The translations under genes and the position numbers were made by a program. The notes under the pieces are model-generated. The model searched no databases. It saw nothing but the letters and a program-made list of their open reading frames with translations, and was not told where the DNA came from. 63,860 nt of DNA from a bacterium (GTDB lineage: Bacteria; Actinomycetota; Thermoleophilia; RBG-16-64-13), in contig JAZDLO010000235.1 in the NCBI GenBank assembly GCA_043801935.1, positions 1 to 63,860 on the forward strand, given 5' to 3'. Positions 12,539 to 21,772 of the stretch are shown in pieces (the first letter of the stretch is position 1; every line of letters starts with the position of its first letter).

Positions 12539-13519
12539 ATGGCGCGTCTGAACATGGTTGAGGCCATCGACCAGGCTCTCCTTCAAGAGATGCAACTGGA
12601 TGCCAGGGTCGTCGTGCTCGGTGAGGATGTGGGCAGGGATGGGGGGGTGTTCCGGGTCACGGACGGCCTGGTGGAGCGCTTTGGCGAAGAGCGGGTGATC
12701 GACACGCCCCTGGCGGAGTCAGGGATCGTGGGGATGGCCATCGGCATGGCCATCGCCGGTTATCGTCCCGTGGCCGAGATCCAGTTCGCGGGCTTCTCGT
12801 ATCCGGCCTATGACCAACTGGTCTCTCATGCTTCGCGCATGCGCACTCGCAGCCGGGGTCAGTTCACAGTCCCCCTCGTGGTGCGAACGCCTTACGGCGG
12901 GGGGATACGCGCGCTGGAGCATCATTCCGAGAGCATGGAGGCGGTATTCGCCCATGTGCCCGGGCTCAAAGTGGTCATCCCCGGCGATCCATACGAGGCC
13001 AAGGGTCTTCTGGCCGCCGCGGTGCGCGATCCCGATCCGGTGATGTTCATGGAGCCGGCACGGATCTACCGAGCGATCAAGGCGGATGTGCCCGAGGAGC
13101 CGTATACCCTCCCCTTGGGCAGGGCCCGGGTAGTGCGTGAGGGCCGGGACCTCACGGCACTGGCCTGGGGAGCTCATGTCCGCACGTTGAAGGAGGCGGC
13201 ACAACGCCTCGAAGCTGAAGGCACGGCCGACGTCGAGATCATCGATGTACGCAGCCTATCGCCTTTCGATTTCGAGACCGTCATCGCGAGCGTGGCCAAG
13301 ACGGGCCGGGCGGTGGTGGTCCACGAGGCCCCCCGCAGCTGCGGTTTTGGAGCGGAGATATCGGCCCAGATAATGGAGCGCGCGGTCCTCCATCTTAGAT
13401 CCCCGGTGTCGCGAGTCACCGGATTCGATACGATTCCTCCGTTGGCCAAACTGGAGGACTATTTCCAGCCCGACGTGGACCGAGTCGTGGAAGCTATCGA
13501 GGAAGCCGTCAAGTTCTAG
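12539..13519 (+). CDS. pdhB: 2-oxoacid dehydrogenase E1 beta
   Basis: GEDVG..GGVFR, DTPLAESG, RPVAEIQF, HHSES; ATG 12539 after GAGGAGG. Confidence 0.9.
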   Translation: MARLNMVEAIDQALLQEMQLDARVVVLGEDVGRDGGVFRVTDGLVERFGEERVIDTPLAESGIVGMAIGMAIAGYRPVAEIQFAGFSYPAYDQLVSHASRMRTRSRGQFTVPLVVRTPYGGGIRALEHHSESMEAVFAHVPGLKVVIPGDPYEAKGLLAAAVRDPDPVMFMEPARIYRAIKADVPEEPYTLPLGRARVVREGRDLTALAWGAHVRTLKEAAQRLEAEGTADVEIIDVRSLSPFDFETVIASVAKTGRAVVVHEAPRSCGFGAEISAQIMERAVLHLRSPVSRVTGFDTIPPLAKLEDYFQPDVDRVVEAIEEAVKF

Positions 13520-13551
13520 TAGCCGTCCAGTCCTGACCGAAGGAGTCCACC

Positions 13552-14298
13552 GTGAAGTACGAGGAGTTTTTGGAGTTCGTCAAGAGCAGGCGCACGCTTC
13601 GGGCGTTCACGCCGGATCCCATACCGGACGAGTGGGTGGACAAGCTTCTTGAGGCGGCTCGTTGGGCGCCCACGGGTTTCAACATGCAGCCCATGGAGTT
13701 CCTGGTGGTCAAGGACCTGGATCTCCGCACGGGGATCAAGAAGATCGTCGATGATTACAAGAACAGCGACTTCTTCGCCTTGGAAGCTACCCGCGAAGAG
13801 TGGCAGGGCTCTCCTTGGGCCATCGAGACGCACGGCAAGTGGGATTGCCCGCTCGCGCCGGTCGATATTCTGGTCATGGGCGACACCCGCCGGCGAGTGG
13901 GATTGCCGATGGCAGCTCGTTACTCGAAGCAAAAAGGCGACTCCATCTTCGAGTCGTCGCTGTCCAACGCGTTCATGTACATGTGGCTTGCCGCTCACAG
14001 CATGGGTCTGGCTGCGCAGCCGATCTCAGGGGTCAAGTATCCGAAGGTGCAGGGTCTGGTCAAGCACCTCTTGAACCTGCCCGATTTCATCTACGTCTAC
14101 GACATATTCCTGGTAGGGCGAAGCGCGATGGCGGAGGGGCCGTCGGCCAAGCTCATGCGTCACCTCGAGGAAATGGTGCACTACGACCGGGCCGCGGACG
14201 ACGAGTTCCTGAGTGATTCGGAGCTCCACAAGCAGATCGTGAAACTGCGGGCCGGCAACGTGGCCCGGCACGTGGAGGCCGACAAGATCAACGAGTGA
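13552..14298 (+). CDS. FMN-dependent nitroreductase-family protein
   Basis: SRRTLRAF...LLEAARWAPTGFNMQP, LAAHSMGL; AAGGAG RBS. Confidence 0.88.
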   Translation: MKYEEFLEFVKSRRTLRAFTPDPIPDEWVDKLLEAARWAPTGFNMQPMEFLVVKDLDLRTGIKKIVDDYKNSDFFALEATREEWQGSPWAIETHGKWDCPLAPVDILVMGDTRRRVGLPMAARYSKQKGDSIFESSLSNAFMYMWLAAHSMGLAAQPISGVKYPKVQGLVKHLLNLPDFIYVYDIFLVGRSAMAEGPSAKLMRHLEEMVHYDRAADDEFLSDSELHKQIVKLRAGNVARHVEADKINE

Positions 14299-14399
14299 AG
14301 TGCGCGCGCCGGCGTCTGAGATGGGGCACGCGCCCGGGCCCTGAACGAACTGGTCCACAAACGCCCAGAGGGGAACACCGAGACTAGGGAGCGGCAGCC

Positions 14400-15914
14400 A
14401 TGGCCTACGAATTCAGATTTCCCGATATTGGTGAAGGGGTCACCGAGGGAGAGCTTCTCGCCTGGAAGGTGAAAGAAGGCGATGTCGTCGTCGAAGACCA
14501 GACCCTGGCCGAATTGGAGACCGACAAGGCAGTGGTGGAGCTACCGTCACCGAGGGCCGGTCGGGTCAGCCGCCTCCATGGGGCCGAGGGCGACATCATC
14601 CAGGTGGGCGACGTGGTGGTGACCATCGAGGAGGCTCCGGCCGCCGGGCAGGCGGAGGCGCCCCCGTCGTCCCCGCCGGTCGAAGCCCCCACGGCGATCG
14701 GCGCAGACGTCCCCGCCGAAGCGATCCCCGTCGAAGCCGAGGCCGAGGCCTACACCGGCTCGGTGGTGGGTCGACTGGAAGAGGCCCCGGAAGAGGAGGC
14801 CGACGCGGCTGCTGTGACCTTGGCGTCTGCCCCCTCGGGGCTCAGGGCGCCTGCGCCGCCTGTAGCGTCCGCGGCACCAGGGGCCGGAGGGCTGGCTATG
14901 CCGTCCGTTCGCGCCTTCGCCCAGGAACTTGGGGTGGATCTTGCGACCATCCGGGGCACCGGCCCGGGCGGGCGGATCCTGAAGCAGGACGTGGAGGACG
15001 TCGCTGAAGCCGCGGCCTATGGTGCGACCGCGTCCGGCCCACCGGCGACTGCGGGCACCCTGCCGGGAACGGAGGCTACCCCAGTCGCGGCCGTCCCGCC
15101 GGCGGGGATCGCGGGATCTCCAGCTCTCGAGAGGCCGGCCCCAGCGCCTCCCGCCGAGCTCCCAAAGGTGGCGCCGATCATGGGAGGCACTATCGAGCAA
15201 GACGCTTTCGGTCTGGTGGAGCGAGTCGCGTTCCGGGGGGTCCGGCGGACCATGGCGAAACGCATGGCCGAATCGGTGGCCAAGCAAGCCCAGGTGACCA
15301 CCATGGACGAAGCGGACGTCACCATCATCAAGCGCATCAGAGAGAAGGAGCGCACCATCGCGGCGGAGCGCGGGGTGCGCCTGACCTATCTGGCGTTCGT
15401 GGTCAAAGCGTGCACGGCTGCTCTCAAGCGTTTCCCCCGCCTCAACGCGGTCCTTGAGGAATCGGGGGAGGAATTCGTGCTCAAACGTTACTGCAACATC
15501 GGTATCGCGATCGACACAAAGAACGGTCTGGTCGTCCCCAATATCAAGGACGCCGACCGGAAGAGCATCTTCCGTATCGCCGAGGAGATCGTCGATCTGG
15601 TCGACCGGGCTGACGAGCGCCGCCTCAACCTGGACGATCTCCACGGGGGTACGTTCACCATCAGCAACTATGGGGCCGTGGGAAGCACCTTCGCCACTCC
15701 GGTCACGAACTACCCGGAGGCAGCCATCCTCGGGATGGGCCGCGTGCGTGAATTGCCGGTGGTCCGGGAGGGGAAAGTGGTGACCCGGTTGATCCTCCCC
15801 CTAGCGCTTACCATCGACCACCGGTTGATCGACGGGGCCGAGGCCGCTCGTTTTCTTAACCTGGTCATCGGCTACGTGGAAGACCCCGATCTGCTGCTCC
15901 TGGAAGGCGCCTAG
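14400..15914 (+). CDS. pdhC: Dihydrolipoamide acyltransferase E2
   Basis: One lipoyl domain (ETDKA), peripheral-subunit-binding domain (PSVR..A...GVDL..I.GTGPGGRI), catalytic DHRLIDG. Confidence 0.92.
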   Translation: MAYEFRFPDIGEGVTEGELLAWKVKEGDVVVEDQTLAELETDKAVVELPSPRAGRVSRLHGAEGDIIQVGDVVVTIEEAPAAGQAEAPPSSPPVEAPTAIGADVPAEAIPVEAEAEAYTGSVVGRLEEAPEEEADAAAVTLASAPSGLRAPAPPVASAAPGAGGLAMPSVRAFAQELGVDLATIRGTGPGGRILKQDVEDVAEAAAYGATASGPPATAGTLPGTEATPVAAVPPAGIAGSPALERPAPAPPAELPKVAPIMGGTIEQDAFGLVERVAFRGVRRTMAKRMAESVAKQAQVTTMDEADVTIIKRIREKERTIAAERGVRLTYLAFVVKACTAALKRFPRLNAVLEESGEEFVLKRYCNIGIAIDTKNGLVVPNIKDADRKSIFRIAEEIVDLVDRADERRLNLDDLHGGTFTISNYGAVGSTFATPVTNYPEAAILGMGRVRELPVVREGKVVTRLILPLALTIDHRLIDGAEAARFLNLVIGYVEDPDLLLLEGA

Positions 15915-16822
15915 TGGAGCTGAAGGACTGTGACGCGCTGCGCCTGGCCACGCGCGATTGCCGGCTGGTGCTTCTGACGGCGACCGAAAGCGAGGCCGAG
16001 CCCCTGCGGCGCGCGCTATTGGGGCTCGAACCCTACGTGGTGGCGACGAAGAAGCTCTTCGTCGGCCGGCTCGATCCCGGGCAGCGTTCGGCCCGCGAGG
16101 GCGCCACCGTGGTGCCGGTGCGAACGGCGCTGGCCATCAGCGGATGCGACAAGGCCAACGCCGCGCACGTACTCACCTGCCTTCTTCAGGCTATGAGGCC
16201 GAAGCCTTCGCTTGTCTTGCAGGTGGGCGTGGGCGGCGCCTTCCCATCGGTGGAGCGGGGGATGGGCGCGCGGGTCGGCGACATCGTCATCGCCACGAGG
16301 GAGATCTACTCCGACACCGGCAGTTCTAGTCCCGCCGGCTGGCTGTCGGCCGACGAGCTCGGGCTGCCGCTGGCCTGGGTGAACGGCGGTGAATTGGGCG
16401 GTGACTTCCCGCTGGACGCGCGTCTTGTGGAGGCTGCGGCCGCGGCGATCGAGACTGAAGCTTGGCCTGAGCCTCGCCCCAAAGTGGTCATCGGGCCATG
16501 TGTGACGGCCTCCCGGGTCACGGGGCTGCGGGCCGAGGGCGAAGAAGTGGTCCGCAAGTGGGGGGCCGTGGCCGAATCAATGGAAGGAGCTGCGGCGGCC
16601 CACATCTGCGCTCTCTACGGCATGCCGTTTCTGGAGGTCAGGGGGATCAGCAACCTGGTGGTCGACCGGGACCGGACTTCGTGGGAGGTGGACCGCGCCG
16701 TGGCGGCGGCGGCACGGGCTGCGCTCGCGGTGGGGGCCGCTCTCGAAAGGTTGCCCCTCGTCGCCGGGGATGCTCTCCCCGGAAGCGCGGGTCCGCCATC
16801 CCGGGATGCCGAGAAGGTCTGA
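15914..16822 (+). CDS. mqnB: Futalosine hydrolase
   Basis: PNP/MTAN fold: GVGGAFP, EIYSDTG, ESMEGAAAA, EVRGISNLV.DRD..W; adjacent to mqnD; TAGTG overlap with pdhC. Confidence 0.85.
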   Translation: MELKDCDALRLATRDCRLVLLTATESEAEPLRRALLGLEPYVVATKKLFVGRLDPGQRSAREGATVVPVRTALAISGCDKANAAHVLTCLLQAMRPKPSLVLQVGVGGAFPSVERGMGARVGDIVIATREIYSDTGSSSPAGWLSADELGLPLAWVNGGELGGDFPLDARLVEAAAAAIETEAWPEPRPKVVIGPCVTASRVTGLRAEGEEVVRKWGAVAESMEGAAAAHICALYGMPFLEVRGISNLVVDRDRTSWEVDRAVAAAARAALAVGAALERLPLVAGDALPGSAGPPSRDAEKV

Positions 16823-16823
16823 T

Positions 16824-17696
16824 ATGGATCCTCTCCGCCTCGCCTACTCTCCCTGTCCGAACGACACGTACATCTTCCACGCCTGGGTCCATGGCCTGGT
16901 TCCCGGTGCTCCGCCCGTCCACGAGCGTCTCGAGGATATCGACACCCTCAATCAACTGGCCTTGAACGGAGAGGCGGACGTGATCAAGGTCTCGCTGCAC
17001 GCGTTCGCCCATCTACTTGAGAGGTACGCCCTCTTGCATGCCGGCGGAGCGCTCGGGCGAGGCTGCGGCCCGCTGGTGGTCGCTCGCAAAGATTCTTGGC
17101 TGCGCCCGGCGCTTTCCGTCCAGCGGGTGGCTGCTCTCGTGGACCATCTCGGTCGTGCCCGGGTCGCCATCCCGGGAGAGCTCACGACCGGCGCGCTGCT
17201 GTTGGGACTCTTCGCCGGTGGGATCATCGACACGGTGGTAATGCCCTTCGATCGCATCATGCCCGCGGTGGCATCAGGCGAGGTGGACGCGGGCGTGATC
17301 ATCCACGAAAGCCGTTTCACCTTTGGTTCGTACGGTCTGCGCCAGTTGGTGGACCTGGGGGAGTGGTGGGAAGACGCCACCGGGCTGCCCATCCCCCTGG
17401 GAGCGATCGCCGTGGCTCGGTCCTTGGACCGAGCGCTCCAGGCGGATGTGGAACGCGCGGTCCGTGCCAGCGTCGAGCACGCGTCCTCTCATGCCGAGGC
17501 GGCTTTCGAATACGTCCGCGAGCACGCTCAGGAGATGGACCTCACCGTGTGCCGGGCGCACATCGACCTGTACGTGAACGAGTTCACCAGAGACTTTGGC
17601 CCCGAGGGGGAGAGGGCGATCCGGCGGCTTCTGGGTACCGCGACCGAGCTGGGTCTGGCTCCCGGTGCGGACAAGGAGCTGTTCTGGGACAAATAA
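16824..17696 (+). CDS. mqnD: 1,4-dihydroxy-6-naphthoate synthase
   Basis: SPCPNDTYIF, GALGRGCGP, IIHESRFT, DLGEWW..TGLPIPLG, HIDLYVN. Confidence 0.93.
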   Translation: MDPLRLAYSPCPNDTYIFHAWVHGLVPGAPPVHERLEDIDTLNQLALNGEADVIKVSLHAFAHLLERYALLHAGGALGRGCGPLVVARKDSWLRPALSVQRVAALVDHLGRARVAIPGELTTGALLLGLFAGGIIDTVVMPFDRIMPAVASGEVDAGVIIHESRFTFGSYGLRQLVDLGEWWEDATGLPIPLGAIAVARSLDRALQADVERAVRASVEHASSHAEAAFEYVREHAQEMDLTVCRAHIDLYVNEFTRDFGPEGERAIRRLLGTATELGLAPGADKELFWDK

Positions 17697-17814
17697 CGGA
17701 ACCATGTTCCACTCTACGGGATGATTGCTTGCCCGTCTTGTGCGAGGGGTGCTTTAATCAGCGAAAGAGATCCGTAGGCCACCGAGGGCCTCGGCGACAA
17801 GGAGGAGCACTTCT

Positions 17815-18192
17815 ATGGCCGCTAAGCTCGTCAAGATCACCAAGGACACCCCGTGGAACGATAAGGTGCCTCTCCACGAGAATTGCTTCGCCTGGCCCAT
17901 GGTCAATCCCAAGAGCTGCCCCGGGGCGCAATGCGAATTCGGCATCACTGAGCTCCATCCGCTCATCGGCCGTGCGCTGGACGACGTCCATGCCGAAGAA
18001 GACCACGTCTTCTACGGTCTGACCGGACGCGCTGAGGCCGTCGTCGACGGCGAGCATTACATCGTCGAGCCTGGAGACGCCCTGTGGGTGTCCAAGGGCA
18101 GCGTTCACAACTTCACCCCCCTGGGCGGCGAGAACTTCCGGTACGCCGTCTTTTTCGCGCCGGGACGCGCTTTCTGGACGCAGCAGAAGTAG
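17815..18192 (+). CDS. Cupin-domain protein
   Basis: Cupin motifs (xHxxxxH-VFYGLTG; PGDALWV..G..HNF); AAGGAGGAG RBS; followed by its own terminator. Confidence 0.85.
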   Translation: MAAKLVKITKDTPWNDKVPLHENCFAWPMVNPKSCPGAQCEFGITELHPLIGRALDDVHAEEDHVFYGLTGRAEAVVDGEHYIVEPGDALWVSKGSVHNFTPLGGENFRYAVFFAPGRAFWTQQK

Positions 18193-18213
18193 TAGCAGCG
18201 GCCTCCCACGGTG

Positions 18214-18252
18214 TGCGCCCATCCTCTTAGTGAGGATGGGCGCATTTTCTTT
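18214..18252 (+). terminator. Intrinsic terminator after cupin gene
   Basis: 13-bp stem TGCGCCCATCCTC/GAGGATGGGCGCA then TTTTCTTT. Confidence 0.85.
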
Positions 18253-18314
18253 CGCTAGGGAGGATCGCGCGGTGTGGACGCGGGCAGCCCCGAGGCTGCT
18301 ATCCTACCGGTCTG

Positions 18315-20357
18315 ATGCTGCACCTCACCGACATCTCCAAATCCTTCGGCACCCAAGCCGTCCTCGACGAGGCCAGCCTGCACGTGAAGCCGGGCATGCG
18401 CGTGGGCTTGGTGGGACCGAACGGGGCCGGCAAGACCACCCTACTGCGTCTCATCGTGGGCGAGATGTCGCTGGACGGGGGAGAGATCAGCGCGCGGAAA
18501 GATCTTCGCACCGGCTTCTTGCCCCAGGAGATCGAGGAGATCGCGGATCACGCGGTCATCGACGAGGTGCTTGCTTCGCATCTGGACATCCTGTCGGCGG
18601 AGCGGCGCATCGCCGAGCTGGGAGAGCGACTCGGCCGAGCCTATGAGGCGGTGGCGGGGCCTGCGGCCGCCGGCGCCGGAGACGCCGTTGCCAAGGCCGG
18701 CCTCGGAGTGGCCGACGCCGATCCCGACGAACTGCTGCGCGAACTCGGCGCGGTCCAGACCGCCTTCGAGAGTGCCCACGGCTACGAGCTGGAGACCCGA
18801 GCACAGAGTATCCTGCGCGGCATGGGCTTTCGCGAGAGCGACTTCGACCGGCCCATCGCCGAGCTCTCCGGGGGCTGGCGCATGCGGGTCGCCTTGTCTC
18901 GACTCCTCCTGGAGCAGCCCGATCTTCTCCTCATGGACGAGCCCACCAACCACCTCGACCTCGAGAGCCTCGTCTGGCTGGAGGAGTTCCTGCTCAACTG
19001 GCCGGGAGCGCTCATCGTCATCAGTCACGATCGCTATTTCCTCAACCGAATGGTCACCCACATCGCCGATCTCGACCGGGGGGTCATCGACCTCTATGCC
19101 GGCGACTACGACCATTACGAGGCTGAGAAGCGGCAGCGATACGAGGCGCTGGTCAACGCCGCCAAGAATCAACAGAGAGAGATCGACGCGGCTGAGAGTT
19201 TCATCCGTCGGTTTCGGGCAAAGAACACCAAGGCCAAGCAGGTTCAGCAGAAGATCCGGCAGCTCGAGCGCACCGAACGGATCGATGCCCCCACCCTGGG
19301 TCGCAAGACCATCAAGTTCCGCTTCCCCCAACCTCCCCGCAGCGGCCGGGTGGTAGCTGAGGTAAGGCACGTCAGGAAGAGCTACGGCGAAAACGTGGTC
19401 TATAAACGGCTCGAACTGGTCATCGAGCGCGGCGAGAAGATCGCCCTCGTGGGTCCCAACGGAGCGGGTAAGTCCACGCTGCTCAAGCTCCTGGCAGGGG
19501 TCATCGAGCCGGATGGTGGTGCGATCAAGCTGGGACACAACGTGCGTCGGGAGTACTTCGCCCAGCACCAGCTGGAAGTCCTTCATCCCGCCAGGACGGT
19601 CCTCAAGACCATGGAGGAGGCCGCCGGTCCCGCCGGACGCCTGCCCGAGGTGCGCGGCTACCTTGGCACCTTTCTTTTCGGCGAGGACGACATTACCAAG
19701 AAGGTAGGCGTGCTTTCCGGGGGAGAAAAAGCGCGTCTTGCTCTGGCCCGGATGCTGATAGACCCTGCAGGGCTACTCCTGCTCGACGAACCGACCAACC
19801 ACCTGGATATGGACTCGCGCGCCGTCCTCATCGAGGCGTTGCGCCAGTTCGAGGGCTCAGTCGTCTTCATCAGCCACGACCGGCACCTGATCAATGCCAT
19901 CGGCACCAAAGTCATCGAGGTGCGGGACGGTCGTCTGACCCACTACCTCGGGGACTGGGAGTACTACCAGTGGAAGAAGGGTCAGCAAGTGAAGCCGGCC
20001 GTCGCGCCCCCGGATGAATCGACGCCGCTCTCCCTTGCGACTCGGCAGGCGGCTGAAACGCGACCGCAGAAGGTCGCCGCCTCGGCTGCGGGTAGGGGCG
20101 GGGCGGTGACGGTCGAGCTGGGCTACAAGGAACGCAAAGAGCTGCAGAATCGATACCGCAAGGTGGAGAGGCGGATCCTTGTCGCCGAGGAGCGGCAGGC
20201 CACCCTGGCCGCCACCCTCAGCGATCCCGCTCATGCCTCCGACTACGAGCTTCTCACCGCCGCCTCTTCGGAAGCCACCGTTCTCTCCGGGGAGATCGCC
20301 GCTCTGTACGAAGAGTGGGGGAGCCTGGCCGAATCTCTCGGGACCACCGTCACCTGA
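18315..20357 (+). CDS. ABC-F family ribosome-associated ATPase
   Basis: Two ABC cassettes (GPNGAGKT/S, LSGG, DEPTNHLD), no membrane domain, C-terminal coiled coil. Confidence 0.93.
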   Translation: MLHLTDISKSFGTQAVLDEASLHVKPGMRVGLVGPNGAGKTTLLRLIVGEMSLDGGEISARKDLRTGFLPQEIEEIADHAVIDEVLASHLDILSAERRIAELGERLGRAYEAVAGPAAAGAGDAVAKAGLGVADADPDELLRELGAVQTAFESAHGYELETRAQSILRGMGFRESDFDRPIAELSGGWRMRVALSRLLLEQPDLLLMDEPTNHLDLESLVWLEEFLLNWPGALIVISHDRYFLNRMVTHIADLDRGVIDLYAGDYDHYEAEKRQRYEALVNAAKNQQREIDAAESFIRRFRAKNTKAKQVQQKIRQLERTERIDAPTLGRKTIKFRFPQPPRSGRVVAEVRHVRKSYGENVVYKRLELVIERGEKIALVGPNGAGKSTLLKLLAGVIEPDGGAIKLGHNVRREYFAQHQLEVLHPARTVLKTMEEAAGPAGRLPEVRGYLGTFLFGEDDITKKVGVLSGGEKARLALARMLIDPAGLLLLDEPTNHLDMDSRAVLIEALRQFEGSVVFISHDRHLINAIGTKVIEVRDGRLTHYLGDWEYYQWKKGQQVKPAVAPPDESTPLSLATRQAAETRPQKVAASAAGRGGAVTVELGYKERKELQNRYRKVERRILVAEERQATLAATLSDPAHASDYELLTAASSEATVLSGEIAALYEEWGSLAESLGTTVT

Positions 20358-21772
20358 TGGGTGGAGGGCGTGCGAACGGATGGTCGGTCCCCCTGCGGCT
20401 ACGGTCTTTCTCGACGGAATTGGATCTTCCCCCCGGCACGGACGTTCTGCGCCTTCGGGAGCCGGAAGCCTTGCCCGATGTGCCGGCCGCGGTGTCGACA
20501 GCCCTCTCCGCCCCCATCGGCTGTGCGCCGCTCGCCGAACTGTGCCGGGAGACACGTGCGCGAAAGGCGTGGCCGTCGGTGGTGGTCGTGGTGTCGGACA
20601 ACACCCGCCCGGCGCCCTATCGGGGCGCGGACGGTATCCTCTGGCCCCTGCTCGAAGCTCTCCTGAGCGCGGGGCTAGCTCCCGAATCCGTAACGCTGCT
20701 GGTCGCCACGGGCACTCATCGGGTCCTCGACGACGCGGAAATGCGGGCCATGCTGGATGAGCGGGTGCCACGGGCCGGGGTGCGCCTCCGTTGTCACGAC
20801 GCGGGCGATCGCGAAGCGCTGATCCACGTCGGCCGGACCGAGCACGGGGTCGAGGTGTTCATGAACCGTGAGTATGTGGAGGCGGACTTCAGGGTCCTTA
20901 CCGGTGTGGTCGAGCCTCACTTCATGGCCGGCGCTTCCGGGGGCCGCAAGAGCATCTGCCCCGGGCTGTTGAACGTGGAGAGCGTGAGAGAGTTCCATGG
21001 GCCGGCAGTGTTGGCGGACGAGCGGGTCGCCGACCTCGTCCTCGAAGGCAATCCCTGCCATGACCTGTCCCTGGAGATCGCCCGCATGGCCAGGGCTGAT
21101 CTCATACTCAACGCGACCATCCGTCAGGACGGCAGGACGGCGGGTGTCTTCGCCGGGGAGATGGAACTGGCGCACCTCGCGGCGGTGGATCATCTGCGCA
21201 GCTTCGCCCAACTGCCCCTCAGCCGTCTCTACGACGTCGTCGTCACCCATGGGGGGCACGTCGGCATCAACCATTATCAGGTGGCGAAGGCGGCGACTGC
21301 AGCCGCGAGGGCGGTCAGGGAGGGGGGCTACCTGGTCGTGGTGGCGGACACCACCGAGCCCGACCCGGTGGGCACCGCGCCATACCGCAAGATGCTTCGA
21401 CTCCTCGGTGAGGTCGGTCCCGAAGAGTTCATGCGCTTGATCCAGGGGAAGAGGTGGGAGTTCGTCCACGACCAGTGGGAGGTGCAGGTGTGGGCCAAAC
21501 TGCTCGGTCGCGTTCCCGCCGGCAACTTCTTCTACTTCAGCCCGCAGACGCCGTTCCACGACTACGCGATCCTGCCGTGCGCGGACCCTGCGCGGTTTCT
21601 CTCGGAAGGGAGCGGAGCCGAGCCCGGAGAGGTGGTCGCGGGATTCGTGCGGGCTGCGGTCGCCAGGGCCTGCGAGGAGTCTGAGGCTATGCTGGGGCGT
21701 GAACCGGCGATCGCCTACCTGGCCGACGGCCCCCACTGCGTCCCTGTGAGCCTGGATCCTACCGGTACTTGA
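20357..21772 (+). CDS. Lactate racemase (LarA)-family nickel-pincer enzyme homolog
   Basis: [33 protein letters not shown], YQxxKA; TGATG overlap with ABC-F. Confidence 0.82.
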   Translation: MGGGRANGWSVPLRLRSFSTELDLPPGTDVLRLREPEALPDVPAAVSTALSAPIGCAPLAELCRETRARKAWPSVVVVVSDNTRPAPYRGADGILWPLLEALLSAGLAPESVTLLVATGTHRVLDDAEMRAMLDERVPRAGVRLRCHDAGDREALIHVGRTEHGVEVFMNREYVEADFRVLTGVVEPHFMAGASGGRKSICPGLLNVESVREFHGPAVLADERVADLVLEGNPCHDLSLEIARMARADLILNATIRQDGRTAGVFAGEMELAHLAAVDHLRSFAQLPLSRLYDVVVTHGGHVGINHYQVAKAATAAARAVREGGYLVVVADTTEPDPVGTAPYRKMLRLLGEVGPEEFMRLIQGKRWEFVHDQWEVQVWAKLLGRVPAGNFFYFSPQTPFHDYAILPCADPARFLSEGSGAEPGEVVAGFVRAAVARACEESEAMLGREPAIAYLADGPHCVPVSLDPTGT

